DNA of 64,000 bases, taken from positions 3,759 to 67,758 of the forward strand of contig JAJFUT010000109.1 in NCBI GenBank assembly GCA_021372315.1, written 5' to 3'. How positions within the stretch are numbered: position 1 is the stretch's first letter; every line of letters starts with the position of its first letter. Both the position numbers and the translations under genes were made by a program. The notes below the pieces were generated by a model, which worked only from the letters and a program-made list of their open reading frames with translations, did no database searches and had not been told where the DNA came from. Below are positions 8,617-18,109 of this stretch, piece by piece. Source of the DNA: Methanobacteriota archaeon (GTDB lineage: Archaea > Thermoplasmatota > Thermoplasmata > Methanomassiliicoccales > UBA472).

Positions 8617-9849
8617 ATGAAAGAGTTCAACACGTTGGATGATTTCGAACTGAACGGAAAGACCGTCATTCTTAGGGTGGACATCAACTGTCCATTGAAC
8701 CAGCGCACCCTGGAGATAGAGGACGACAACAGGATCAAGCAGATCATGCCAACGCTGCACGAGCTCGTCGACAAGGGCGCGAAGGTCGTCATCATCGCCC
8801 ACCAGGGAAGGCAGGGCGACTGGGACTTCTGTTCGCTCGACCAGCACGCGAAGGTCCTGTCCAAGCATCTCGGCAAGGAGGTCAGGTACGTCGACGACCT
8901 CCAGGGGGATATGGCGATAGACGCGATCAAACGCATGGCGCCGAGCGAGGTCATCGTCCTGAAGAACGTCAGGGAGCTCTCCTGCGAACAGGAGAGGAAG
9001 CCGATGGAGGAGCATGCCAAGGAGGACATCGTTCAGAGGCTGGCCTCCGTCGCCGATCTGTACGTCTCCGACGCCTTCGGGGCGGCGCATCGGGCGCACT
9101 GCTCGTTGATCGGATTTCAGGCGGTCATGCCCTCGGCCGCCGGAAGGCTCATGGAGAAGGAGCTGACCGCGCTCGGCACGGTCTTCAACGATCCCAAGAG
9201 GCCTTGCGTTTTCGTCCTCGGAGGGGCGAAGTTCTCCGATTCCATCAAGGTCATCGACAGGGTCCTGACGAAATGCATCGCGGACAGGGTCATATTGGTA
9301 GGCCTGAGCGCGAACGCCCTCCTGAAGGCGAGCGGCGTCGATCTCGGCCGCGAGAGCGAGGAGATACTGATGAAGGAGTTCACCCCGGAGAACCTCGAGG
9401 CGGCGAAGAAGCTGCTCAGGGAGAAAGGGGACAGGATAATGCTGCCGATCGACGTCGGCGTGGACGCGAATGGGAAAAGGATGGACGTCCCGGTCGCCGA
9501 CCTGCCGAACGAAAATCCCATAATGGACGTGGGACCGAGGTCCATCGAGATGTTCACGAAGGTCATCTCGGGAGCTGGTACCGTCTTCATGTCAGGACCT
9601 GCCGGCGTGTACGAAAGGGACGAGTTCGCCCTCGGGACAAGAGAGCTCATGAGGGCCGCCGTCGAATCAGGTGCGTACACCGTCATAGGAGGAGGCCATA
9701 CCGTCTCGGCGGCGGAGAGGTTCGGCTTCTACGACCGTTTCTCCTATGTCAGCACAGGCGGCGGGGCGCTGGAGACATATCTTTTAGGGAAGACGATGCC
9801 GGTCGTCGAAGCGCTCAGGACAGCCTATCGCAGAGAAAAAATGAAATGA
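8617..9849 (+). CDS. pgk: phosphoglycerate kinase
   Basis: 410 aa. VILRVDINCPL, IIAHQGRQGD, DAFGAAHRAH, GGGHTVSA. Confidence 0.95.
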   Translation: MKEFNTLDDFELNGKTVILRVDINCPLNQRTLEIEDDNRIKQIMPTLHELVDKGAKVVIIAHQGRQGDWDFCSLDQHAKVLSKHLGKEVRYVDDLQGDMAIDAIKRMAPSEVIVLKNVRELSCEQERKPMEEHAKEDIVQRLASVADLYVSDAFGAAHRAHCSLIGFQAVMPSAAGRLMEKELTALGTVFNDPKRPCVFVLGGAKFSDSIKVIDRVLTKCIADRVILVGLSANALLKASGVDLGRESEEILMKEFTPENLEAAKKLLREKGDRIMLPIDVGVDANGKRMDVPVADLPNENPIMDVGPRSIEMFTKVISGAGTVFMSGPAGVYERDEFALGTRELMRAAVESGAYTVIGGGHTVSAAERFGFYDRFSYVSTGGGALETYLLGKTMPVVEALRTAYRREKMK

Positions 9850-9896
9850 CCTCGGCCCTCCCTCGGTCCTGTTCTTTAGAAGATCGAAACAGGGTT

Positions 9897-11063
9897 TCAG
9901 AGGACCTTTCTCATCCTCTCGATCGCTTCCTCTATGCGCTCTACAGGCTGTGTCGTGGCGAACCTGACGTAACCGTCGCCGAACTCGCCGAAACCGAGGC
10001 CTGGCGTGCAAACCACTCCGACGCTGAGCATTCTGTCCGCGAACTCCATCGATGAGCCGTCGACCTTGAGCCAGAGATAGAACGTTCCCTTCGGAGGGTC
10101 GATCTTGAACCCGAGCCCCCTCAGGCCCTTGACGAGGACGTCGCGTCTGTCCTGGTACACCTTGATGTTCTGCTTCACCAGGTCGGGCTTCTCAGCGCCC
10201 TTGTACATGCCGAGCGCCTTGATGAGGGCCCTCTGGACGAACATGGACGTCCCGGAGTCGATCTGAGATTTGACCTTCCTGAGCCCGGAGATGAGGTTCG
10301 CGTCCCCGACCGCATACCCGATGCGGTACCCGGTCATGTTGAAAGTCTTCGATAGCGATCCGAACTCGATCGCGCCCGTGCCCTGGCAGCATTCCAATAT
10401 GCTCGGGGCGGTGTAGTCGTCGAATGTCATCTCCGAGTAGGCGTTGTCGTAGCAAAGTATGGTGTCGGTCTCGACGCACCACGTGGACGCCTTCCAGAGA
10501 AAGTCCTTCGGTGCGATGGCGCCGGTCGGGTTGTTCGGATAGTTCAGATAGAGCATCTTCGCATCCGAGGGAAGCGCGTCCAGGTCGGGCAGGAAGCCCT
10601 TGTCCGGATGCAGCGGCACCTTGACTGGAATGGCGTCGCACAGCAACGTCCCCCCCTGCGAATAGACTGGATACCCTGGGTCGGGACAGAGGACCTTCTC
10701 GCCTGGGTTGACGAACGCCCTGCAGATGTTCGCGATACCTTCCTTGCTGCCGATCAATATCGCGACCTCTCCGTCGGGGTCGACCTCGACGTTGAATCGC
10801 CTATGGTACCATTCCGCGACCGCCCTCCTCACGTCTGGCTCCCCTCCGCTGGAAGGGTACCTGTGGTTCGCCGGGTCGTCCAGCTGTCTCTTGACCTCTT
10901 CGACTATCGGGGATGGGGTCGGTATGTCCGGGTCGCCGATCCCGAAATCGATGATATCTATCCCTTCCTGCCGCTTCTTCCTGACCTTATCATCGATCTC
11001 TACGAACAAGTATGGCGGTATCTTCTTCAGCCGCGTCGCGTAATCAAATGGCATATGGTTCAC
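9897..11063 (-). CDS. dapL: LL-diaminopimelate aminotransferase-type class I/II aminotransferase
   Basis: 388 aa. RLKKIPPYLFVEIDDKVRKKRQEGIDIIDFGIGDPDIPTP, NYPNNPTG, SLSKTFNMTGYRIGY (PLP lysine). It is the last gene of the dap/lys operon. No dapD/dapE-type gene is present here. Confidence 0.8.
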   Translation of the reverse strand: MNHMPFDYATRLKKIPPYLFVEIDDKVRKKRQEGIDIIDFGIGDPDIPTPSPIVEEVKRQLDDPANHRYPSSGGEPDVRRAVAEWYHRRFNVEVDPDGEVAILIGSKEGIANICRAFVNPGEKVLCPDPGYPVYSQGGTLLCDAIPVKVPLHPDKGFLPDLDALPSDAKMLYLNYPNNPTGAIAPKDFLWKASTWCVETDTILCYDNAYSEMTFDDYTAPSILECCQGTGAIEFGSLSKTFNMTGYRIGYAVGDANLISGLRKVKSQIDSGTSMFVQRALIKALGMYKGAEKPDLVKQNIKVYQDRRDVLVKGLRGLGFKIDPPKGTFYLWLKVDGSSMEFADRMLSVGVVCTPGLGFGEFGDGYVRFATTQPVERIEEAIERMRKVL

Positions 11064-11064
11064 C

Positions 11065-11892
11065 TCAAACGGTCTCGCCCTGGTATACGAGCTTGGCGGG
11101 TCCGCGCATGCGGGCGGAGCTCATGTCGGCCTTGACGGTTATCCACAGGCTCCCTCCGGGCAACGCGACCTCGATCTCTTTGTCGAAGGCCACCTTCCCC
11201 AGCATCGCCGCAACGGCGACCGTCGCGCATGCTCCGGTCCCGCAGGCCATGGTCCACGCCGCCCCGCGCTCGTACACCCTCACATTCAATATCCCGTCCA
11301 TCAATTTAACGAATTCTACGTTCGTCTTCCTGGGGAACATCGGATGCCTCTCGAGCTTTGGGGCGAGGGCGTCCATCATCTCGTCGGTAAATTGCTGGAA
11401 TGTGATGAAATGGGGGTTGCCCATCGACACGCCCGTGCCCTTCACTTGCACGCCGTCGACATCGACCGTCCCTTCTATGAAACGCCCGCTGCATTTCATC
11501 GGTATGTCCTCGCACTCCAGGTTCGGAGCGCCCATCTCCACGATGACCGAGTCGACCTTGCCGTCCTTCACGATGCACTCGATGGACTTGGTGCCAGCCA
11601 TCGTCCCGATCGTCATGGTCGTCCTCTTGACGATGCCACGGTCGTAGAGGTGCTTGGCGACGCAGCGAATGCCGTTGCCGCACATCTCCGCCTCGCTCCC
11701 GTCCGCGTTCATGACGACCATCTTCGCGTCCGCGGAGCGGTCCAGCTCGATGTAGAGTATGCCGTCGGCACCGACGCCGAAGCGCCTGTCGCAGATGGCC
11801 TTGACGAAATCGGGGGCCTTCGATATGGAACCGTCGAAGTTCTCGACGATCGCGAAGTCGTTCCCTATGCCGTGGTACTTCCAGAACCTCAA
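11065..11892 (-). CDS. dapF: diaminopimelate epimerase
   Basis: 275 aa. FWKYHGIGNDFAIV, EMCGNGIRC, TMACGTGACA (the two catalytic Cys). Confidence 0.92.
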   Translation of the reverse strand: MRFWKYHGIGNDFAIVENFDGSISKAPDFVKAICDRRFGVGADGILYIELDRSADAKMVVMNADGSEAEMCGNGIRCVAKHLYDRGIVKRTTMTIGTMAGTKSIECIVKDGKVDSVIVEMGAPNLECEDIPMKCSGRFIEGTVDVDGVQVKGTGVSMGNPHFITFQQFTDEMMDALAPKLERHPMFPRKTNVEFVKLMDGILNVRVYERGAAWTMACGTGACATVAVAAMLGKVAFDKEIEVALPGGSLWITVKADMSSARMRGPAKLVYQGETV

Positions 11893-13160
11893 ATCATCAG
11901 CCTCGACGGTATCTTCTGGTGCGCTATCAGGTCGTCGACCGTCTCCGCCTCCCGGATCAGGTAGGTCTCGCCCTCGTTGACCAGCACCTCCGCCGGCTTG
12001 CCGCGCGCGTTGTAGTTGGAACTCATGGAGAACCCGTAGGCGCCCGTATCATAGACGACGATCAGGTCGCCCTCGGCGACCCTCGGCAGCTTCCTTTCCT
12101 TGGCCAGAAAGTCCCCGGACTCGCAGATAGGACCGACGACGTCGTACACGAGGTCGGCAGGATGGTCGAACTTGTTCGCGACGGCGACGTGATGGTAAGA
12201 GCCGTAGAACGCGGGTCTGATGAGCGTGTTGAACCCCGCATCGACGCCGACGAACCTCTTCTCGGGGGTCTCCTTGATGTCGTTCACTGTCGTCAGGAGC
12301 ACGGTCGAATCGCATACGATGTACCTTCCGGGCTCGAGAGCGAGCGTCTGGACGTCCGTTGCGTCCCTGACCCTGGATTCGATCGCCTCGGCCAATGCCC
12401 AAACGTCCATCTCGTTCTCACCGGGCACGTATGGTATTCCTATGCCGCCTCCGAGGTCGAGCACCTCCAGGTGGAGGCCCAGGACGTCCCTGATCTCGTT
12501 CACCATGTCGATCATGACGTCCGTCACGTGCAGGAACGGCTCGACGTCCTGAACGCCGGCCCCGATGTGGCAGTGGATGCCGAACGGCTTGAAGCCGAGC
12601 GACAGGGCTTCGGAATAGGCGTTGATGATCGCTCCCTTCGGAACGCCGAACTTCGTCGTCTTTGCGCCTGTTACGACATGCGAATGATGTCCTGCCCCGA
12701 CGTCGGGATTCACCCTTATCGATATCGGATAGCCTTCCGGAGCGACCTCCGCCAGCCTCCTCATCTCCGAGATCGAGTCGATGTTGATCGGAACCTTGCG
12801 CTTGACCAGTCCCTTGAGCTCGGTCGTGCTGACGCTGGTGCCCGTGTACAGGATCTTCTCCGGCGCGAACCCGGCCCTGAGGCAGAGGTCGACCTCGCCT
12901 ATCGACACTGCGTCGATGTGCGCCCCCTCCTTCTGAAGGATCTTCAGTATCGAGAGGTTGTTGTTCGCCTTCAGGGCGTAATGGATGCGGGTCGGCATCC
13001 TCTCGTTGAACGCGATATCGATGCGCCTGAAGTTGCTTCTAAGGCGCTCCTCGTCCGTGACGTAGACCGGCGTTCCGTACCTCTTCGCGATGTCCGAGGC
13101 CTTCACGCCTCCTATCATCATCTCTCCGTCGACACTCTGGAATTCCCTCATTTCAATCAC
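11889..13160 (-). CDS. lysA: diaminopimelate decarboxylase
   Basis: 423 aa. YGTPVYV, HYALKANNN (PLP Lys), LDLGGGIGIPY, GPICESGD, TGAYGFSMSSNYN. Confidence 0.93.
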   Translation of the reverse strand: MIEMREFQSVDGEMMIGGVKASDIAKRYGTPVYVTDEERLRSNFRRIDIAFNERMPTRIHYALKANNNLSILKILQKEGAHIDAVSIGEVDLCLRAGFAPEKILYTGTSVSTTELKGLVKRKVPINIDSISEMRRLAEVAPEGYPISIRVNPDVGAGHHSHVVTGAKTTKFGVPKGAIINAYSEALSLGFKPFGIHCHIGAGVQDVEPFLHVTDVMIDMVNEIRDVLGLHLEVLDLGGGIGIPYVPGENEMDVWALAEAIESRVRDATDVQTLALEPGRYIVCDSTVLLTTVNDIKETPEKRFVGVDAGFNTLIRPAFYGSYHHVAVANKFDHPADLVYDVVGPICESGDFLAKERKLPRVAEGDLIVVYDTGAYGFSMSSNYNARGKPAEVLVNEGETYLIREAETVDDLIAHQKIPSRLMI

Positions 13161-14514
13161 CGATGTACATATCGTGCAACTTCTTGACGACCTCGACCGC
13201 CCTTTCGTTCCCCACGACGAAGTTCAAGGCCACGTCCGAGGCGCCCTCTGATATCATTTCCACGTTAGCCCCTGTCTCCGACACGGCGGAGAATATCTTA
13301 GCGGAGACGCCGCATGTCTGCAGCATCCCATCGCCTACCGCGCATATCAACGATACGCCCTCCTTGACATGGACCTTCTCCACATCGTCCTTCAATGCCT
13401 TAACCCTCTCGCAGATATCATAGACCTGGTCGGTCGGGACCAGGACCGCCATCGTCGATAGGGACGTCGACACCGCGTACGTGGTGACGCCGCCCGAGCA
13501 GACGGCGTCCAGTATCTTGTTTATCAGTCCCGGCTGATAGACGATCTCCCCGGAATAGACCTTGATGATAGAGAGGTCCTTCTTCATCGCCACGCTCCTG
13601 AGCATGGTCTCTCCGGGCCTTCGTATCTTAAATATCCTCGTCCCCTTCCCGTCCGGGTTGAAGGAGTTCTTGACCCACACCTCCAGGTCCTTCTTGCGCG
13701 CCGGTTCTATCGTCCTCGGATGCAGGACCTTGGCGCCGAAGTAGGCGAGCTCTGCTGCCTCGTTATAATCCATCTCGGTCAGCGTCTTGGCGTCCTTTAC
13801 GACCCTGGGGTCGGCGGTCATGAAACCGTCCACGTCGGTCCAGATCTCGACCGCGTCAGCATCCAGCCCGTTCGCCACGACCGAACCGACATAGTCGGAG
13901 CCGCCTCTTCCGAACGTTAGCGGGCGACCGTCAGGACCTATGCCGTAGAACCCGGTGATGATGGGCACCTGCCCCATCTCGATGAGCGGGAGCACGCGGG
14001 CCTTTAGGTTCGCGCCGGTGGCGAACAGGTCGGCCGAACCGTTGCCTGGAGTCCCTGTGGCGACGATGCCGGCCTCCTCGCCGGTCATGGCCACGGCATC
14101 GCATCCCAGCGATCTGAGGACGTAGGCGACGGTCAGCGACGACAGCCTTTCGCCCCAGCTCGACAGCGCATCGTACGCCACGTCCCTTTCATCATCCTTT
14201 GAAACATGATATGATCTGAGCGCATCCCTGAGGCCGGTCATCCTCGCTTCGAGCAGGGGCTCGAACTCCCTCTGCAGCTCGACGGTCATCTCCCCCCTCG
14301 CGACGGTCAGATGCATTTCCCGAAGCCATGCCAGCGTCTCTCCGGCCTTTCCCTCTGGTTCCTTCGGGAGCGCGATCAGGGCGTTGGTGACGCCCGACAT
14401 CGCCGAGACGACGACGGCCTTGGGCCCCGGGTCCCTGATGATGATCTCCGCGGTCCTGCGGATTGCCTCTGCCGACCCTACGCTGGTGCCACCGAACTTC
14501 ATGACCTTGATCAT
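13153..14514 (-). CDS. lysC: aspartate kinase
   Basis: An internal ATG at 14514 gives MIKVMKFGGTSVGS and forms an ATGA overlap with the dapB stop. Two C-terminal ACT-like regions. The 14589 start of the full ORF would add 25 non-homologous residues. Confidence 0.9.
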   Translation of the reverse strand: MIKVMKFGGTSVGSAEAIRRTAEIIIRDPGPKAVVVSAMSGVTNALIALPKEPEGKAGETLAWLREMHLTVARGEMTVELQREFEPLLEARMTGLRDALRSYHVSKDDERDVAYDALSSWGERLSSLTVAYVLRSLGCDAVAMTGEEAGIVATGTPGNGSADLFATGANLKARVLPLIEMGQVPIITGFYGIGPDGRPLTFGRGGSDYVGSVVANGLDADAVEIWTDVDGFMTADPRVVKDAKTLTEMDYNEAAELAYFGAKVLHPRTIEPARKKDLEVWVKNSFNPDGKGTRIFKIRRPGETMLRSVAMKKDLSIIKVYSGEIVYQPGLINKILDAVCSGGVTTYAVSTSLSTMAVLVPTDQVYDICERVKALKDDVEKVHVKEGVSLICAVGDGMLQTCGVSAKIFSAVSETGANVEMISEGASDVALNFVVGNERAVEVVKKLHDMYIGD

Positions 14515-15299
14515 AGTCCCAGGACCTCCGCCATGCTGTGCGAGGACCCGTCCTTCCTGTTCGCGACCCAGCGTATGGCGGTGATGCACCCCTCTGCGAA
14601 CGCCTCCCTGGAATGGGCCTTGTGGGTTAGCTCGATGCGTTCCATGTTGCCACCGAAGATCACCGTATGTTCACCAACGACGTCGCCGACCCTGATGGAA
14701 TGGATGCCGATCTCCCTGCCTCTGGCGCCGACCATGCCTTCCCTTCCGCAGACGATGCTCTCGATGCCCGTGGCCTCGGCGACGATCTTCGCCGCCTTCA
14801 TGGCGGTGCCCGAGGGCGCGTCCCTCTTCTTATCGTGATGGACCTCGACGATCTCGACGTCGTAATCCTTGAGCGTCATCGCCAGCTGTTCGCAGGCCTT
14901 CCAGAAGACGTTGACGCCGATGCTGAAGTTGGCCGTTATGACGGCCGACGAACCCTTGGCCAAGAACGTCCTGTCCAGCTCGCTGACGAACTCGTCCTTC
15001 AGTCCGGTCGTCCCAATGACGCAGTTGATCCCGGACGGAACGGCCAACCTCAGGTTGACCTCGGCGGCCGATGCGGGCGTGACGTCGACGAAGACGTCAG
15101 CCTCGCGCACCAGGTCACGGATAGAGTCGGGCCCCGAAGCCTTGACCCCCGGGGCGATGTCCTTTCCGACATGGCCTCCGCTGGCCGAGACGACCGCCCC
15201 CACAAGTTCCATATCTGGCTGCCTGGCTATCAATCCGCAGACAAGTGAACCTAGCTTTCCCGTGGCGCCCGCCACGACCACCCGTATCATCGATGTCAC
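14511..15299 (-). CDS. dapB: 4-hydroxy-tetrahydrodipicolinate reductase
   Basis: 262 aa. RVVVAGATGKLG, EVHHDKKRDAPSGTA. Confidence 0.92.
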   Translation of the reverse strand: MTSMIRVVVAGATGKLGSLVCGLIARQPDMELVGAVVSASGGHVGKDIAPGVKASGPDSIRDLVREADVFVDVTPASAAEVNLRLAVPSGINCVIGTTGLKDEFVSELDRTFLAKGSSAVITANFSIGVNVFWKACEQLAMTLKDYDVEIVEVHHDKKRDAPSGTAMKAAKIVAEATGIESIVCGREGMVGARGREIGIHSIRVGDVVGEHTVIFGGNMERIELTHKAHSREAFAEGCITAIRWVANRKDGSSHSMAEVLGL

Positions 15300-15300
15300 C

Positions 15301-16173
15301 TCACAGCAGCTTCAATTCGGCCAAGGTGGCGCGGACGATCTCGGCGTTCGACGGTTCCATATCGCAGAGCGGCAGGCGGAACACGCCGGAAGGGCGCTTC
15401 ATCATGCGCATAGCGGTCTTCACAGGTATCGGGTTCGTCTCGACGAACAGGTTCTTGAACAGGGGGAGAAGCCTGTAATGGAGCTCCCTCGCCTCCAGCA
15501 GCTCGCCCCTGAGCATGTGGTGCGTCATGTCAGAGACCATCTTCGGCGCGACGTTGGACGCGACCGATATGACGCCCTTGGCGCCTGCGGCCATGAGCGG
15601 GAACGTCAGCCCGTCGTCCCCCGAGATCACGTCGAAGTCCGACGGGACCTCCCTTATGACCTGCATGATCTGGTCCATGTTCCCAGATGCCTCCTTTATG
15701 CCCGCGATGTTAGGTATCTCGGCCATCTTCTTCACCGTGCTCGGAAGTATGTTGCATCCGGTCCTGCTCGGGACGTTGTAGACTATGATCGGTATGTCCA
15801 CGGCGTTCGCTATCGCCTCGTAGTGGCGGAACAGCCCTCTCTGCGTTGGTTTGTTATAATACGGCGAAATGGAAAGAACCGCATCGACGCCGAGGTCCTT
15901 CGCCCCCTTCGTCAGATGGATGGCCTCGTGGGTGGCGTTGCTGCCAGCTCCCGCTATGACCTTGACCCTCTTCTTGGTGTCCATGACTATCTGGATCACC
16001 CTCAGGTGCTCTTTGTGCGAGAGGGTCGCCGATTCGCCGGTCGTTCCGCATGGGACGATCGCATCGACCCCGTTCTTCTCCTGGATCTCCACAAGCTCGC
16101 GAATGCCATCTTCGTCGAGCTCGCCATTCTCCTTGAAAGGCGTGATCATCGCCGTCGCGCATCCTGAGAACAT
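15301..16173 (-). CDS. dapA: 4-hydroxy-tetrahydrodipicolinate synthase
   Basis: 290 aa. TAMITPF, GTTGESATLS, YNVPSRTG, GIKEASG (Schiff-base Lys). Confidence 0.93.
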   Translation of the reverse strand: MFSGCATAMITPFKENGELDEDGIRELVEIQEKNGVDAIVPCGTTGESATLSHKEHLRVIQIVMDTKKRVKVIAGAGSNATHEAIHLTKGAKDLGVDAVLSISPYYNKPTQRGLFRHYEAIANAVDIPIIVYNVPSRTGCNILPSTVKKMAEIPNIAGIKEASGNMDQIMQVIREVPSDFDVISGDDGLTFPLMAAGAKGVISVASNVAPKMVSDMTHHMLRGELLEARELHYRLLPLFKNLFVETNPIPVKTAMRMMKRPSGVFRLPLCDMEPSNAEIVRATLAELKLL

Positions 16174-16596
16174 TCACTTCCCCCCGAAATGCTCCTTGAG
16201 GATCAGTCTCGTCCTCGTAGACTGGACGTTGTCAAAGCGTCTGATCCTTTCGATGATCTCGTTCAGCTGGGGGGACGACGTGACGTCGATGATGGCGACG
16301 ATGTCCTCCTCGCCAGTGACCTCATAGACCTCGGCGACCCCTTCGAACTTCGAGATGTTCGCGGCCACCTCGGACGTGTTCACGTTGACGTCGATCTTCA
16401 CCTCGATGATCGCCTTCACGTTCTTGCTGCTCGTCTTGATCGTGAAGCTCTGGATGACCCCATCCTCGAACAGCTTCTTGACCCTGCTGCGTATCGTGCC
16501 TTCCGACACGTTCAGTTCGTTCGCGATTTCGACAAAGGGCTTTCTCGAGTCCTTCTTTAGGATGTCTATGATCCTGTCATCAAGATGGTCGATCAT
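16174..16596 (-). CDS. lrp: Lrp/AsnC-family transcriptional regulator, first gene of the lysine operon
   Basis: 140 aa. LDDRIIDILKKDSRKPFVEIANELNVSEGTIRSRVKKL HTH plus a C-terminal RAM-like domain. Its stop abuts the dapA start with no gap. Confidence 0.85.
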   Translation of the reverse strand: MIDHLDDRIIDILKKDSRKPFVEIANELNVSEGTIRSRVKKLFEDGVIQSFTIKTSSKNVKAIIEVKIDVNVNTSEVAANISKFEGVAEVYEVTGEEDIVAIIDVTSSPQLNEIIERIRRFDNVQSTRTRLILKEHFGGK

Positions 16597-16737
16597 TATT
16601 ATTCGCTCCCCGCTGTATATTTACGGCAAGTTCTCATTATTCGTATAATTCTTTAGTCAATTCGAATGATGTTATTTAATATTTCCGAAAAATAAAGATT
16701 TAACTGTTCAAATACACATTTTTACCACGAAATTCGT

Positions 16738-17214
16738 TCAATGATTGAACTTGTCCAAGAACTTGAGCCAGATCTTTTCGTCGTCCACCTTCTTCATCAT
16801 CGCCGCCTTCTTCAGCTCCCTCCCCTCCTTGTCGAGACCCCGTAGCTCATCGACCCCTCTCAGTAGGCCGAGCACAAGGTCCAGCAGGACACGGGCATCC
16901 TTGCGGGTGATGGAATCATCATCCTTCAGCTCTCTCTCGAGCCGCCTCGCCTCCGGCTCCAGGGCCGCGGCGAGCTTCCTCGCGTCCGCGATGTCCTCAT
17001 CGGTCACGTCCTCGTCCGAGATGATCCTGAAGATCGTATCCTTGAGCGGCAGGACCTTGCCGTCCACCTCATAGCTGTCGGGAATGAGCTCCCCGACCCA
17101 GAACAGGGCGCTGTGTATCCTGGAAATGATCCGCTCCCTCTCCGTCTTCGTCAGGCAATGCTCTCCCTCGTCCAGGGCCGCGTCGTCGCACGGCGTCAGT
17201 AGATCATCCCCCAT
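16738..17214 (-). CDS. acidic hypothetical protein
   Basis: 158 aa with a coding-like composition. It overlaps the panE stop by 11 nt. No motif recognised. Confidence 0.55.
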   Translation of the reverse strand: MGDDLLTPCDDAALDEGEHCLTKTERERIISRIHSALFWVGELIPDSYEVDGKVLPLKDTIFRIISDEDVTDEDIADARKLAAALEPEARRLERELKDDDSITRKDARVLLDLVLGLLRGVDELRGLDKEGRELKKAAMMKKVDDEKIWLKFLDKFNH

Positions 17215-18109
17215 CTCTCGCCCTCCATGTCTCCAGGGCCTTTACGAGCTCGACCATGCGGGAATTGACCCTGACCATCTTCGGGTCAGGGGACCTATCG
17301 CATATGGCTCCGTTTATGGCGTCGATCTCCGTCCTCTTCCCGTTCTCCAGGTCCTGCAGCATGCTCGATCTGTTGTCAGCGGTCGCTCGTATGACCTTCT
17401 CGACATCATCGTAGCTCATCTCTCCCTCGTTCAGGATGTTCCAGTGCCTAGCGACGGCCATCGCCTCCTCGAAGAGCTTCTCCGAGATCGCAAGGGCTCT
17501 CGGGTCCTTCAGTATCGCGCCGTTGGGCGCCATCAGTATGGCCGTGACCGGATTCACCGCGGCGTTCACGAGGGTCTTCCTCCAAACATCGCCGATGATG
17601 TCGTCCGTCACTTCCGAGTGCAGTCCCGAGCCGTTGAGGACATGGGTCAGCAAGGTCGGCTGCGCCGTACGCCCGTCGACGCATCCTACCACGATCTTCG
17701 TCCTGCTCACCGACCTGACCTTGCCCGGTCCGATCATCGTCGCTCCCATGTACGCAACGCCGATGCAGGTCCTGGCGAAGCTCACCCTCGTCGGGGCGGC
17801 GAGCACCGAGAGACCGTTCTGGACGACGAGGAGGAGCGTACCGGGACCGATGAGCCGTTTCGAGTCCTGCACCGCGCGGTCCAGGTCATGCGCCTTCACG
17901 GTGATGACCACAAGGTCCTGGACCGGTACGGCGCCCGTGTCGGTCTCCGCCTTCACGCGGAAGACGCCCTCTCCCTCTATGATCAGGCCGTTCTTCCTGA
18001 TGGCCTTCACATGGTCGACCCTGCCGACAAGCGTAACATCATGGTCCCTCGACAGCATCCCGCCGATGACACTTCCGACGGCCCCCGCGCCGATGATGGT
18101 GACCTTCAT
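17204..18109 (-). CDS. panE: 2-dehydropantoate 2-reductase (ketopantoate reductase family)
   Basis: 301 aa. MKVTIIGAGAVGSVIGG Rossmann, VKAHD, SSMLQDLENGKRTEID. Confidence 0.8.
   Translation of the reverse strand: MKVTIIGAGAVGSVIGGMLSRDHDVTLVGRVDHVKAIRKNGLIIEGEGVFRVKAETDTGAVPVQDLVVITVKAHDLDRAVQDSKRLIGPGTLLLVVQNGLSVLAAPTRVSFARTCIGVAYMGATMIGPGKVRSVSRTKIVVGCVDGRTAQPTLLTHVLNGSGLHSEVTDDIIGDVWRKTLVNAAVNPVTAILMAPNGAILKDPRALAISEKLFEEAMAVARHWNILNEGEMSYDDVEKVIRATADNRSSMLQDLENGKRTEIDAINGAICDRSPDPKMVRVNSRMVELVKALETWRARDGG

Noticed and set aside
11919-13187. 422-aa plus-strand ORF, plus 11344..11964 and 12049..12402
   Set aside because: These are shadow frames of lysA and dapF with an Arg/Asp/Val-rich, repetitive composition.
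14869-16167. 432-aa plus-strand ORF, plus 14667..15248
   Set aside because: These are antisense to dapB/dapA. Both real genes are clearly identified on the minus strand.
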